The notes under the pieces were generated by a model. That model searched no databases and was not told the DNA's origin. It was given only the letters and a program-made list of their open reading frames with translations. Of a stretch of 64,000 nt of DNA, positions 32,898-42,938 are shown piece after piece (positions within the stretch are counted from its first letter, which is position 1; every line of letters starts with the position of its first letter). The stretch is from positions 1 through 64,000 of IMG/VR virus record IMGVR_UViG_3300030330_005091. One strand, given 5' to 3'. The translations under genes were made by a program, and so were the position numbers. The stretch is from a virus. Taxonomy: Duplodnaviria > Caudoviricetes.

Positions 32898-33194
32898 TTA
32901 GTCGGCCTCTTTTTGCTGTATCATATCAAACAATGAATCTTTATCTGAATCTGACAGTATTGAACTTTGAACTTGATTTTTTTGAGTTAGGGCAATAATT
33001 TTTACTAATTGCTCGTTTGATCTTTGTAATGTCTCAACATGTTTTGCGGCGACAGGACTCAAGTATTTATTTTGATCTGGGTCATTAGCTATTTGTGTTG
33101 CCACTTCATTTAAAAACTCTCTAGCTACTTTTCTATCGTTTCTTATGTTGCCAAGAGCCTCTTCAATAAGGCTATCTAAGTCTTTTTTGCTCAT
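32898..33194 (-). CDS. Hypothetical helical protein
   Basis: 98 aa, ATGA-coupled to the sigma-like gene. Confidence 0.75.
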   Translation of the reverse strand: MSKKDLDSLIEEALGNIRNDRKVAREFLNEVATQIANDPDQNKYLSPVAAKHVETLQRSNEQLVKIIALTQKNQVQSSILSDSDKDSLFDMIQQKEAD

Positions 33195-33898
33195 AATTCA
33201 CCGCTGGTCCAATCATCTTTAAAGGTATAATATTTTTTTCTAAATTTTTTAAGTGAGTTAACAATTTGTTTAGTGTTTAGACCTGTTATCTCTCTTAGGT
33301 ATAGGTAAATAGCTTTTTTGTTAAAAATTTCTATGTCCTCTTTTGATTCAAAAAGTATATTGATTGCTTGATAAACTTTAAAATCATTTTCTTTCATTTG
33401 AGAAGAATCCCACGATTTTAATTCATTATAAAAAAGTTTCCAAAATTCTTCTTCTACTCGGGTTGAGACATAAGATTCAGTTGTTGATAAAAATTCTTCT
33501 TCATAGTTTTTAGGTATATTGCCAATATCAACTTCTCTTTTGTTTCGTTTTTGTTGGCGCTTAACTTTGTGTATAAACCAGTTTTTAGTGATTACTGAAA
33601 AGTATGAGAACGCCTTTGAGCCTTTTGCTGGATCATATTTATCCAGTATGGTCATTAGCCACACTTTACATTCATCACGTAGATAATCAATATTAGGTAA
33701 ATTTGTAAACTTATATGTAAAAACAATTTTGTCCACCATTTCATTAAATGCTGGCTCTATCCAGTTAACATACAGTTGTGTTCTTTCGCGGGAACAATTT
33801 GTTAAACAATATTTTATAATTGCATCTTCGTGATCTTGTGTAAAATAGTGATTTTTGTTTCTACTACGTCTTCTTCTAGTTCTTTTTTTAGTTGTCAT
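33191..33898 (-). CDS. Phage RNA polymerase sigma-like factor (T4 gp55-like, late transcription)
   Basis: YFTQDHEDAI...KYDPAKGSKAFSYFSVITKN (sigma region-2-like) and C-terminal HTH (YLREITGLNTKQI). Confidence 0.75.
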   Translation of the reverse strand: MTTKKRTRRRRSRNKNHYFTQDHEDAIIKYCLTNCSRERTQLYVNWIEPAFNEMVDKIVFTYKFTNLPNIDYLRDECKVWLMTILDKYDPAKGSKAFSYFSVITKNWFIHKVKRQQKRNKREVDIGNIPKNYEEEFLSTTESYVSTRVEEEFWKLFYNELKSWDSSQMKENDFKVYQAINILFESKEDIEIFNKKAIYLYLREITGLNTKQIVNSLKKFRKKYYTFKDDWTSGEL

Positions 33899-34223
33899 TT
33901 TCTATAAATTCTTCTTCTGTTATCGCCGGCGCTTCTTCCTCATCTGTTAATGAATATATAAACTCAAATGATTCCATCTGACTACTAAAGTCTCTTGCGT
34001 GCTGCAATAAGCTTTGTAATGTCTGGTCTCCATAAAACATTTCCATTTCATATACATTTTTTGTGTGGTCCAAAAAAGAATTAATCATATCCTGCAAATC
34101 TCCTAATTCTTCTGATACCAATAAAAGTCTAGCTATAGCTGCTCTAACATAAACTACAAGACCAACATTAATTATAACTGACAAAATTAAAAATGCAGAC
34201 AGTATTATCTCAAGTCGGCTCAT
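33888..34223 (-). CDS. Hypothetical membrane protein
   Basis: N-terminal hydrophobic helix followed by an amphipathic helix. Confidence 0.7.
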   Translation of the reverse strand: MSRLEIILSAFLILSVIINVGLVVYVRAAIARLLLVSEELGDLQDMINSFLDHTKNVYEMEMFYGDQTLQSLLQHARDFSSQMESFEFIYSLTDEEEAPAITEEEFIENDN

Positions 34224-34482
34224 AATCTTTGCTTTTAGCTTCCTTTTTTTGTTGATTTAAGATTTCTCTATTTTTTTCAATATATTCTTTTGTTATAGTT
34301 CCTACAGATTGTTCACCAGCATTTTTACTTTTATTGGGAACTATAAAAGAATTTTTACCGAATACTTTATTAAGCGATCCAGTAGCCTCACACAGAATAC
34401 AGGTGTGCGGAGTATCACCAATAGTTAACATGTAACTATGAGACTCACCACACGCTTGACATTCGTAAGTGTAACGCGGCAT
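34210..34482 (-). CDS. FmdB-family zinc-ribbon protein
   Basis: MPRYTYECQACG...CILC. Confidence 0.8.
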   Translation of the reverse strand: MPRYTYECQACGESHSYMLTIGDTPHTCILCEATGSLNKVFGKNSFIVPNKSKNAGEQSVGTITKEYIEKNREILNQQKKEAKSKDYEPT

Positions 34483-34706
34483 TACTTAATCATATTTTCT
34501 AAGTCTTCGTTAGTAATCGAACTATCATTAGAAAATCTTACAGTTGGCGGATTCTGGACAACTAGTCCATTATCTCCCTCTATTAATTCAAATCCCTTAA
34601 GAATGGGAACTATATCAATTTGATTTAATAGTGATTCCTGTAAAGCCATCATAATCGCACCAAGTGCTTGATCAGATAATTTTAATTGATTTTGTGTGTT
34701 ACTCAT
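34482..34706 (-). CDS. Small hypothetical protein
   Basis: 74 aa, GGAG RBS, TAATG coupling. Confidence 0.7.
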   Translation of the reverse strand: MSNTQNQLKLSDQALGAIMMALQESLLNQIDIVPILKGFELIEGDNGLVVQNPPTVRFSNDSSITNEDLENMIK

Positions 34707-34712
34707 TTGTTT

Positions 34713-35558
34713 TTATTCTCCAAAACATTGTTTTAGGCCACTTTCAATATTTATTTGGGGCGACCATCCCAGTTTACTTATATATTTTACATCAGCTTTA
34801 GAATTTTGTATATCACCAATTCTACTTGGCTGTTCATCCCAATCAACACTTAAGGTATTATTAATTATATTACGAATATCAGAAAGCGATGTTGATACCC
34901 CTGTTCCGATATCGCAGGCTGCACCATTAAAATTGTTTTTATAATTCATACAAAATATATTTGCATTTACAATATCATTAACATGAATGAAATCCCTTGT
35001 CTGGGAACCATCACCATCAATACGTAAGGGTTTATTTTGCCTTATCATCTCCATCCAAGCTGATATTACGGTAGAGTATGGGCCGCCATATTTTTGGTCT
35101 TTTGAATAAACATTAAAATACCTCAAACATACTGTATCTATATCGTATAAGTCAGCGTATAACTTACACTCTTTCTCGGTCATTAACTTATGAATGCCAT
35201 ATGGACTAGATGCGCCGTAAATTGCCGCAGAGCTTGCAAAAATTACACGCTTAGCATTGACTGCTTTTGCAAATTCTAATACACGAGAGGACCCAAGAAC
35301 ATTATGTGACAATGACTCAGAAGGGTTCTCTACACTCCATGATACACTTGGCTTAGCTGCAAGGTGGAAAATATAATCAGGTTTACATTTAAGCCAGGGT
35401 TTATTGTTATGAAATAGATGATGACGTATATCTAATTTTTCATCGATGTTATCAGATGCTATATCCACTCCATAAACATTGTGACCAAGCTCAACAAGTT
35501 TGGCAAAAAGCTTAGAACCTATATAGCCCTTGTGACCAGTGACTAAGCAATTAGCCAT
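34713..35558 (-). CDS. NAD-dependent sugar epimerase/dehydratase (extended SDR)
   Basis: TGHKGYIG, HLAA, ASSAAIYG, YGIHK (YxxxK), LRYFNVY, GDGSQTRDFIHV. Confidence 0.92.
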   Translation of the reverse strand: MANCLVTGHKGYIGSKLFAKLVELGHNVYGVDIASDNIDEKLDIRHHLFHNNKPWLKCKPDYIFHLAAKPSVSWSVENPSESLSHNVLGSSRVLEFAKAVNAKRVIFASSAAIYGASSPYGIHKLMTEKECKLYADLYDIDTVCLRYFNVYSKDQKYGGPYSTVISAWMEMIRQNKPLRIDGDGSQTRDFIHVNDIVNANIFCMNYKNNFNGAACDIGTGVSTSLSDIRNIINNTLSVDWDEQPSRIGDIQNSKADVKYISKLGWSPQINIESGLKQCFGE

Positions 35559-36525
35559 CTATTTCCTCAATCATTTTAAATGCAGAATCCCAGTCAGTGA
35601 ATCTGATAGCCTTATCATCAATATAAAATCTTGCACGAGGCTTCTCGGCAGTAACTTTGCTAACAAATTGAGCCATGTTGTGTTCTCTTAGCCATTCCCA
35701 CACCAACTCAGTTCCCGTTTTACCATTAACCAATCCGCGGTCAGGTTTCGCCTTGCAAGTATAAACAATAACAGTGTAATCTTTTGAAAGCCTTTCTAAT
35801 GCTTCGTATGATCCCTCAATTGGAACGTCATAAATTGTCCCATCGTAATATCCTTTAGAACATTTATGAATAACTTTATCAAAATCAACCCCAACGTTAA
35901 TTTGTTCATCAGGATAACTATGTTCCCTAATCTTGCCACCCTTCCAGTTTAACTTCTTGAGTTCATTAGGGTTGTTTTGCCCAATAGGAGGGCATACGTT
36001 ACCTGAACCATGTGTCAACTGATAGGTCAAAAGTAGTGTTAACACTTCTGCTGTATGATAGTAGTTTGCGCCGAGAACAACCTTGGTGAGATCGTCGATT
36101 TCAACTGTGATGTCTCTTGATGTAATCATGGCAACTTGCATTCCATTTGCCTGGGCCCATTGCAAAGCCTTAAGGATATCAATAGAATTACCAGAAGACG
36201 AAATACCTAAAACTAGTGACTTTTTCATTTGCGACACAGTTCTAGTTGAAGTTCTAGCAATCAACCAATTAACCATCCATTGCTCAAAACTGGTGTCATT
36301 GATATATGATGTAGCTACACAACCAGAGCTTGGACAAATTGCATTTTTAGTTCCGTTTGATAATCTTGTCATGTCTACAGCAGCATGGTCAGCGACCGCC
36401 ATATTTCCGCCATGACCTAAAACATAAATGTCGCTACATTGATTATATTTTTCTTGCAATTGTTCCCACTCTTCTGTATGAACAACTTGTGTAAATTTGT
36501 CTCCAATGTTTTCAAAATTAAGCAT
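35551..36525 (-). CDS. SIS-domain (GmhA-like) sugar-phosphate isomerase fused to a HAD phosphatase
   Basis: N-terminal GHGGNMAVADH and GISSSGNS; C-terminal DFDKVIH...KP...YIDDKA HAD motifs. Confidence 0.82.
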   Translation of the reverse strand: MLNFENIGDKFTQVVHTEEWEQLQEKYNQCSDIYVLGHGGNMAVADHAAVDMTRLSNGTKNAICPSSGCVATSYINDTSFEQWMVNWLIARTSTRTVSQMKKSLVLGISSSGNSIDILKALQWAQANGMQVAMITSRDITVEIDDLTKVVLGANYYHTAEVLTLLLTYQLTHGSGNVCPPIGQNNPNELKKLNWKGGKIREHSYPDEQINVGVDFDKVIHKCSKGYYDGTIYDVPIEGSYEALERLSKDYTVIVYTCKAKPDRGLVNGKTGTELVWEWLREHNMAQFVSKVTAEKPRARFYIDDKAIRFTDWDSAFKMIEEIDG

Positions 36526-37204
36526 TTGTTATTTCCTTGTAACCCTCTATTAATATTGTGGTATCCATACCAACAGCTATTATACCATAATCACAATATT
36601 TGTCAATATGTTTGTCTACATCCGTAGGAATATGAACAGCCATTTGGCTATTGTCTGTGATTGTTTCTTTTACTTTAGCAATCGCTTCTAAAAACTTTGG
36701 ATTATCAAACTCTGCTGGTATACCCAAACTAGCTGATAAATCATAAGGTCCTATCATATAATGATCAAAACCAAAAGATGCTATTTTATCTAAATTGTTT
36801 ATGCCGTTAATTGTTTCAATTTGTGCTACCATAAAAGGTCTATCTGAAATTAGTTTATCCATACCCCACTTGTTTTGCCTAACAAGACCAAGGCCTCTTT
36901 TACCGCCTTGCGAAGGAAATTTACAAATCTCGTGAATCTTTTGACACTGTTCTTCAGTTTCCACAGTAGAAAATATAATCCCGTCGGCGCCGGCGTCAAG
37001 ACACGCTCTTGTTAAAGTCTTGCTTGGTTCTGTTAGTCTGACAAAGCAGACTTTATTCATCGACGTAATCAATTGGATACAATTATATAACGTTTCATTG
37101 TTAAAAAAGCTATGTTCTGTGTCAATAACGACCCCGTCGAGCCCGATATGACATAGCAGTTCTGATATAACTGTAGAGGGTATTTGTTGCCAAGCTAATC
37201 TCAT
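36518..37204 (-). CDS. HpcH/HpaI family pyruvate aldolase
   Basis: VIDTEHS, CLDAGADGII, GKRGLG, AQIET, IGPYDLSASLG; probable start MRLAWQQ (ATGA overlap). Confidence 0.9.
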   Translation of the reverse strand: MRLAWQQIPSTVISELLCHIGLDGVVIDTEHSFFNNETLYNCIQLITSMNKVCFVRLTEPSKTLTRACLDAGADGIIFSTVETEEQCQKIHEICKFPSQGGKRGLGLVRQNKWGMDKLISDRPFMVAQIETINGINNLDKIASFGFDHYMIGPYDLSASLGIPAEFDNPKFLEAIAKVKETITDNSQMAVHIPTDVDKHIDKYCDYGIIAVGMDTTILIEGYKEITNA

Positions 37205-37926
37205 CTTATGATACAAACCTTTTTGTCTAGATAATTTACTTTTATTTTTTGTTTTTTTAATAAATCTTTTAGAATATACTCAGGAAAAACATTTGGATAA
37301 AGTTTTGAAATATTTGCCAATTTATCATTCAATATATCACAGTACATTCCATCCATTATTGCCTTCATGTTCTTTTGGTTGCTAGCAAAAAAAACATCTG
37401 ATAATTTATATTGAGGGTATTGATGGGGTGGACCGGCACAATTAAAAAGATTCTCTCTAAAATCATTAAAGTATATTTTTTCTGTTGTGATGTCAAATCT
37501 TGTTTTTACTATAATATCGTAATCCTCTTTTATAAGAGAATAGCACTTGTACCATGAATAGTATTGTGCTACGACGGCATTTTGAATCAATTTGTTGCCA
37601 TCGGGGTGTTTCGGGGTGCCTATCGACTTGACTAGTTTTTCAGTTATTTCAAAAAATTCTTGATTATTTTTATGAAAATAATCATCCATAATCAGATAAT
37701 CTTTAGGAGAATACAAGCTCAAAATACTTTGTCGCTCTTCCTCTTCTAGTTGTTTGATATTGTCTTTTTTTCCGGCTTCGCCTCTTTCATGTGTGTGGTC
37801 CCAAAAAGCTAAAAATAAATCAATTTCATGTTCATCCTTGTTGGGCTCAATTACATTTAATAAAAAATTATCATATGTTTGCTTGTAGGTCCTAACCAAC
37901 CCAGGTATAAGAATAGCCACCTTCAT
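37201..37926 (-). CDS. Putative glycosyltransferase-like protein
   Basis: MKVAILIPGLVRTY...YDIIVKTRFD...SDVFF...PEYIL pattern common in glycan clusters. Confidence 0.6.
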   Translation of the reverse strand: MKVAILIPGLVRTYKQTYDNFLLNVIEPNKDEHEIDLFLAFWDHTHERGEAGKKDNIKQLEEEERQSILSLYSPKDYLIMDDYFHKNNQEFFEITEKLVKSIGTPKHPDGNKLIQNAVVAQYYSWYKCYSLIKEDYDIIVKTRFDITTEKIYFNDFRENLFNCAGPPHQYPQYKLSDVFFASNQKNMKAIMDGMYCDILNDKLANISKLYPNVFPEYILKDLLKKQKIKVNYLDKKVCIIR

Positions 37927-38378
37927 CTGTAACTCTCAACGAAATCAGTGCAGATACCAAAACAATCCGTTAGATCATCTGTGCTATAAAAATTTGGTAC
38001 TTTTTCTGGCATAACGCAGATACTTTGGGGTGTTAGGGTTTTACCGGGATAAGTCCAAATATATCCCGTATTTGTAAGTGTATAAGAATCATTTTGGTGC
38101 CAAAAACAATGCACACCTGTTAATTGTGAGGTAAAAGTAAAAAGAGTGTCCAAAGATTTAGCGTGAAGCCACAGAAAACGACTTCTTTCAAAAATCCACT
38201 CAGTAGAAACCTCATATTGTGGCTCATCATGCCCAAGCCAAAAACCATCAATAAGGTTACCGCGAATGTCTACTTCTACATCAAAGCCCTGATTTATCGC
38301 TTGTTCTAAATACTCTGGGTGGTTCTCCCTATCAGGATTAGGTCCGCTGATGTTTCCTCTGTGTGATATCAATAGCAT
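37923..38378 (-). CDS. Small GDPD/PLC-like phosphodiesterase-fold protein
   Basis: ISHRGN...EN...GFDVEVD...LGHD...GICTD. Confidence 0.78.
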   Translation of the reverse strand: MLLISHRGNISGPNPDRENHPEYLEQAINQGFDVEVDIRGNLIDGFWLGHDEPQYEVSTEWIFERSRFLWLHAKSLDTLFTFTSQLTGVHCFWHQNDSYTLTNTGYIWTYPGKTLTPQSICVMPEKVPNFYSTDDLTDCFGICTDFVESYR

Positions 38379-38387
38379 ATAACTGTC

Positions 38388-39053
38388 TTATTGAAAAATA
38401 AATTCTCTGGTTTTGATTTTACTAAAAACCTGTTTATCGAGTTGATTCAAATCAAGATTTGATAGATAATTGCTCAAAGTATCGTCACCAGAAACAAACA
38501 CCTTGTTGTTCTCTCTTTTGATGTTAATGCAAGACATAATAGACCAAGGATCGAACTTTATTGACATGTTTGGGTAAGCTCTCTTTATAGAAAAAACATC
38601 AATAATCTTAAACTTACTAAAATCAGAATTCACCATTATATTGTTACCAGACATATCGCTAAAGTAACAACCAGTATTGATAGAAAAGTCTATATAAGAA
38701 TCAACAATTTTATTGTATAAATCGCAAACCTTGTCATAATCTCTAATGAATTTGGTATAATTCTTAGATTTTTCTAAGAAAACTTCAGAACTATAAAAAC
38801 TATTTTTTTCAATTATAACCATTGGAGTTAGTTCAGAATAAAACTTACTAACACACCTATTAGATGTCAATTGATATATCTCAACAATATTACTATTTTC
38901 TTGTTGAGAATAATCAATTACTTCTTTTATCTTTTGTGGCGTAAGGGTTATAAAATCAGTTTTAGATTTAGAATCAATAATAAAAAATCTGGAATCATCC
39001 GATATCGTATAAGAAGACTTTATAGTTTCCTTAAGATTTAAAAAGTTTGTCAT
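38388..39053 (-). CDS. Protein-kinase-like (small-molecule kinase?) protein
   Basis: VSKFY, DMSGNNIMV (DxxxxN catalytic loop), KIIDVFS. Confidence 0.55.
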   Translation of the reverse strand: MTNFLNLKETIKSSYTISDDSRFFIIDSKSKTDFITLTPQKIKEVIDYSQQENSNIVEIYQLTSNRCVSKFYSELTPMVIIEKNSFYSSEVFLEKSKNYTKFIRDYDKVCDLYNKIVDSYIDFSINTGCYFSDMSGNNIMVNSDFSKFKIIDVFSIKRAYPNMSIKFDPWSIMSCINIKRENNKVFVSGDDTLSNYLSNLDLNQLDKQVFSKIKTREFIFQ

Positions 39054-39231
39054 GAGAAGCCTTTATGATATCATGAAATTGGTTGTACTCTGGAACAGTC
39101 AAATCCATTCTGATGTTATTAAGGTGAATGTGAATTTTACCATCAGAATTTAGTTCAATTGTCCACTTTTGATATTTTGGTGTTGCCTCTTCTTGTCCTT
39201 CACCCATAATGTGCTTAACAATGTGTCCCAT
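39031..39231 (-). CDS. Small hypothetical protein (IHxH...R.xT..E...F motif)
   Basis: 66 aa, GGAGG RBS; shares the motif with its neighbour. Confidence 0.7.
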   Translation of the reverse strand: MGHIVKHIMGEGQEEATPKYQKWTIELNSDGKIHIHLNNIRMDLTVPEYNQFHDIIKASHDKLFKS

Positions 39232-39443
39232 TATAATCTTCCTCCATCGATGATTTTTTTGCTGAATTCCTTAAATTCATCTAAAGTAAAATGCAACCTA
39301 TAGGTCCACCCACGATCCCAATCACTAAGAATGTGCATGTGGATTGCCTCCAGGTCACCAATATTGTTTTCTACTAAAATTCTAGATCCTTTCATTGGCC
39401 AATCGATAGTAGTATCGACGAGCACTTTAGTTATGATACTCAT
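39231..39443 (-). CDS. Small hypothetical protein (IHxH...R.xT..E...F motif)
   Basis: 70 aa, GGAG RBS; paralog-like to 39031..39231. Confidence 0.7.
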   Translation of the reverse strand: MSIITKVLVDTTIDWPMKGSRILVENNIGDLEAIHMHILSDWDRGWTYRLHFTLDEFKEFSKKIIDGGRL

Positions 39444-39447
39444 AGTT

Positions 39448-40095
39448 CTAATTCTCCATCACTAGGTTAAAAATTTTATTATACTGATCGCTACACACAT
39501 ATTCAACAACTTTGTCGCTATGTGGTAACACCATACTTGTACAGTTTAGTAACTCTTCTTGATCAAAGTTGCCCTTCAAGTCTCTAATTCTGTTGATGTG
39601 CTTTGCTTTCCAAGATCCTTGAAAATCTAAAATATTCCTCAATACCAATAACAAAATCTCACACTCAACAGATGGTATATAATACGGTGTTTCATAGGGA
39701 ACTTTAATTCTTTTCTCAAACACGTATTCGCCAAACTTGTATGGCAAAGTCCAATAAGTTCTAAAATTATTCATTGGGCTGCTCATATGTAGACAGTTAT
39801 AGGAATCAATTCTAAATCTACCATTTGGTATGGAATGATCCGTAGGTCCGGGAGTAAAGAATGGATGATATCTCATATCACAATATTCAGCAAAACCAAA
39901 GTTTTGAAAACCCTCTCCGGATAAATGATTTTCTGCAATCTTGTTGAAGAAATCCCAATCGGACATGTGACACACTAAATCAATATCTGTATCTGGCTTG
40001 TGTGGTAATTTTGTAAACCCTCTCAAAAAATAATATTTTATATTATTCTTGTTTAAATCATCAATGAAGTCAAAAAATTTATCTTGATGTGACAC
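39448..40095 (-). CDS. Pol-beta/LicD-like nucleotidyltransferase-fold protein
   Basis: Y.FLRG...DTDIDL (hG-x-DxD) motif; GTG start with GGAG RBS. Confidence 0.65.
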   Translation of the reverse strand: MSHQDKFFDFIDDLNKNNIKYYFLRGFTKLPHKPDTDIDLVCHMSDWDFFNKIAENHLSGEGFQNFGFAEYCDMRYHPFFTPGPTDHSIPNGRFRIDSYNCLHMSSPMNNFRTYWTLPYKFGEYVFEKRIKVPYETPYYIPSVECEILLLVLRNILDFQGSWKAKHINRIRDLKGNFDQEELLNCTSMVLPHSDKVVEYVCSDQYNKIFNLVMEN

Positions 40096-40098
40096 TTC

Positions 40099-40824
40099 TT
40101 ATCTCCTTGGAAAATAGTTTTTTAAAAAATGGTTTAAGTCTTCTGGGGTACCAATACCCCACATTTTGTGAACATAGAAAGGAACCAACGTTTTCCCATC
40201 TTGAATAAGTTCATTGTATACGGGAGCGATGTAAAATTCATTGTTTACGCGGATATCTTTTCTAATCATAGATTCTGCATATTTAACAAAGTCGGAGCCT
40301 TTGCGATACCAATAGATGCCACAAGTTGCTATATTTGATATAGGCTTCTTTTCAGCAACTTCAACGACAAAACCTCTGGAGTTAGTTTTTACAAAAGACC
40401 ACTTCGGATGCACGGCATTAAAGGTGAAGACAGCGGCATCACAATTAGTTATATTTTTAATCAGCATAAAGTTTTCTGGCTCATATTCAATAATTTGATC
40501 AGAATTAGCAATTAATAGATCTTCATCGTTATCTATAAACTCCTTTGCCAGCAACGCTGTGCAAGCTGCCCCTTCGGTTAGTCCATCGACTGTAACAAGT
40601 TTATATCTGCCATTAGTAATTCTACACAAAGTTGATTCTAATCCAGTGTACTCTTCCAAATGCTTCTTTCTAACTAAGAAAATATATTCCGCATCAAAAT
40701 CTAAATTCTCAACAACAGATTGGATCATCGGTTTTCCATCAACATCAATCAGCGGCTTTGGGAAAGTGTAGCCCTCTTTTACAAACCTGCTTCCTTCTCC
40801 TGCCATTGGTATCAAAATCTTCAT
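40099..40824 (-). CDS. Sugar-phosphate nucleotidyltransferase (NTP_transferase family)
   Basis: IPMAGEGSRF...PKPLI, TEGAACT, ANSDQ, EKKPIS, GTPEDL. Confidence 0.9.
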   Translation of the reverse strand: MKILIPMAGEGSRFVKEGYTFPKPLIDVDGKPMIQSVVENLDFDAEYIFLVRKKHLEEYTGLESTLCRITNGRYKLVTVDGLTEGAACTALLAKEFIDNDEDLLIANSDQIIEYEPENFMLIKNITNCDAAVFTFNAVHPKWSFVKTNSRGFVVEVAEKKPISNIATCGIYWYRKGSDFVKYAESMIRKDIRVNNEFYIAPVYNELIQDGKTLVPFYVHKMWGIGTPEDLNHFLKNYFPRR

Positions 40825-41432
40825 TGGGCGCTCCTAAAAAGTAAAACGTCAACATCATCAGGGTTATTAACCTTTACAACTCTAGCGCCAGAATCAAGAG
40901 CAGCACTTAGTCCCTTTGGTGAATCTTCGATTATCAAAGTATTTTGCTTGCTTATGCCAAAATATTCCATCACTTGAGTATAGCCTATTGGGTTTGGTTT
41001 TGGTTCTGGTACATCTTGATTAGATAGAAACAAATCGAAAAGATCATAAATACCTGTTTTCTTTAACATCAGCGAGCCCGTCTGTCTAATACTATTGGTG
41101 TAGCATGCTATTTTAACGTTATTTGCTTTGAGATACTTCAACATATCTATTTTTTCTTGCCTGATTTTGCAATGAGTTCTTATGATTTCTAACGTTTTTG
41201 CTTGTTTTTTGTCATAAATACATTGAATATCTTTTTGTTTTATTATATCAGTTTTAGTTAAAATATTAAGCTTTTTTTTTGTTGGAATCCCATTGAACGT
41301 TGAATAATGTTCATCTAATGAAATCTCATAATTACACACTTCTTTTAGCGCCTCATTTAATGCCAACCTGTGCCACTCACAAGCATCAACCAAGACCCCA
41401 TCTAAGTCAAAAATCACTAAATCAATATTCAT
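40821..41432 (-). CDS. HAD-family phosphatase (beta-PGM-like)
   Basis: FDLDGVL, TNS, KPNP, IIEDSPKG. Confidence 0.9.
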   Translation of the reverse strand: MNIDLVIFDLDGVLVDACEWHRLALNEALKEVCNYEISLDEHYSTFNGIPTKKKLNILTKTDIIKQKDIQCIYDKKQAKTLEIIRTHCKIRQEKIDMLKYLKANNVKIACYTNSIRQTGSLMLKKTGIYDLFDLFLSNQDVPEPKPNPIGYTQVMEYFGISKQNTLIIEDSPKGLSAALDSGARVVKVNNPDDVDVLLFRSAQ

Positions 41433-42072
41433 TTAAAAGTGCCCTTGTCGCAAGATCCCAATCATCTTCTGTATCAATATCAATACTTTCCTGAGTGTCA
41501 ATCGGATAAAAATACGGCTGTTGTCCAATGCGACTATTTTGTGATAGAATTACTTCCGGCTTGAAAATATAAAAGGCCGAGTTTTCCTCATAAAATGCTG
41601 GTAGATCTTGTGTTTGTTCCATTTTAGTCGGATTATGGTTTACTGGACAAAAGCCATAACTTTCTTTTCTCCAGAATCTAGATCTGTATATATTACATGA
41701 TACAACAGAGTCGTAATTACGCAGATACGTAAATGCATCGGCTATTGTTTTTTCTTTTAAAAATGGACTTGTAACGTGAATTTGAGCAATTGGTTCTTGT
41801 ATTTTTAATCTAATAATAAAATCTTTTATTAAATCACATACTGATACCTTATCGCCTATTAGGGATTCACTGCGAGAAAAAACATTGACATGCCTAAGTC
41901 TTTTATCTTGCCCAATTAGATCTATGACCTCTTGACTGTCGGTATCAACGAAAACGTTATGATTTTTATATTTAAGCAATGTGTGCTTAAACAAAGGCTC
42001 TTTTCCGAATCTTCTAAAATTTTTTCGATGCACTCTTTGTGAGTTGTGCTTTATTGGAATAAATATATTCAT
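41422..42072 (-). CDS. Acylneuraminate/ulosonate cytidylyltransferase (NeuA/KdsB family)
   Basis: IPIKHNSQRVHRKN, VDTDS, HVTSPF, TQDLP..Y.ENSAFYIF, DIDTEDDW. Confidence 0.9.
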   Translation of the reverse strand: MNIFIPIKHNSQRVHRKNFRRFGKEPLFKHTLLKYKNHNVFVDTDSQEVIDLIGQDKRLRHVNVFSRSESLIGDKVSVCDLIKDFIIRLKIQEPIAQIHVTSPFLKEKTIADAFTYLRNYDSVVSCNIYRSRFWRKESYGFCPVNHNPTKMEQTQDLPAFYEENSAFYIFKPEVILSQNSRIGQQPYFYPIDTQESIDIDTEDDWDLATRALLNEY

Positions 42073-42074
42073 TA

Positions 42075-42938
42075 TTATTTATTAAGTTTTTGAACAAACC
42101 ACTCGTGAGTGGGATTAAAAAATGTTGAAATTTTGTTTATATCGTAATAATTTACTGTTTTTTCTGATTCAACTGGTTGTATGTTTTGTTGTATTACAAT
42201 GTCAATAAATGCTCGTTTTATTAACATTGGGTCTGCTTTTTCTTTTTCTGTTTTTGCATAGTAATCAATTATTTTTGTTCTTTTAATTGAAGGTCGCAGC
42301 CAGTTCCACATCATATGCATGTTATATTGATTTTTGTAAGAGTCACGATTATGTGGAGATTCCATATTTGTGTGTCCATTATCATATACCATTTTATGGC
42401 TACATACAGTGTTTTTTAAAAATGGTATTTCCAATATGTTGAATAAATGACAGGCTTCAACACCGCCGCCATATTGAGTAATCATAGGAAAAAACCAATC
42501 TAATAAGCTGTGATGTATCATTTTGAACCCAGCATGAGCAAACGGTAAAACCGAATATTCTTTACTGTTTCGATAATCAATGTTATCTGCAAATGGCGTT
42601 ATCATACCACGTCCAGGATAATAAGTCAACACAGCAGGATTAAACTTGTCTAAATCATATAACACTTGCTCCAGAGCACCTAAAGTGCCTAATGGACGAA
42701 ATCCATAATCATAATCAGCAAAGCCATAATAATCATACTTTTTAGGAACTTTTTCTATTAGAACATTTCTAGTGTCAGTCCAAGTTGTGTTTGGGCAATA
42801 TTCTAGTGCTTCTTTGTGTGGTTTATCATGGGTGACAAAATAAAAATCACATTGCTCTTTGTTGCCAAATAGTTCTACATGACTTTGTGTTGGTGTAGAC
42901 GGTGTTACCTGTAGAATACATAATCTTTTATTCATCAA
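42075..42938 (-). CDS. Hypothetical protein, possible GT-A glycosyltransferase
   Basis: TW...RN...YDYYGFADYD (DxD-like) pattern; cluster context. Confidence 0.5.
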   Translation of the reverse strand: MMNKRLCILQVTPSTPTQSHVELFGNKEQCDFYFVTHDKPHKEALEYCPNTTWTDTRNVLIEKVPKKYDYYGFADYDYGFRPLGTLGALEQVLYDLDKFNPAVLTYYPGRGMITPFADNIDYRNSKEYSVLPFAHAGFKMIHHSLLDWFFPMITQYGGGVEACHLFNILEIPFLKNTVCSHKMVYDNGHTNMESPHNRDSYKNQYNMHMMWNWLRPSIKRTKIIDYYAKTEKEKADPMLIKRAFIDIVIQQNIQPVESEKTVNYYDINKISTFFNPTHEWFVQKLNK

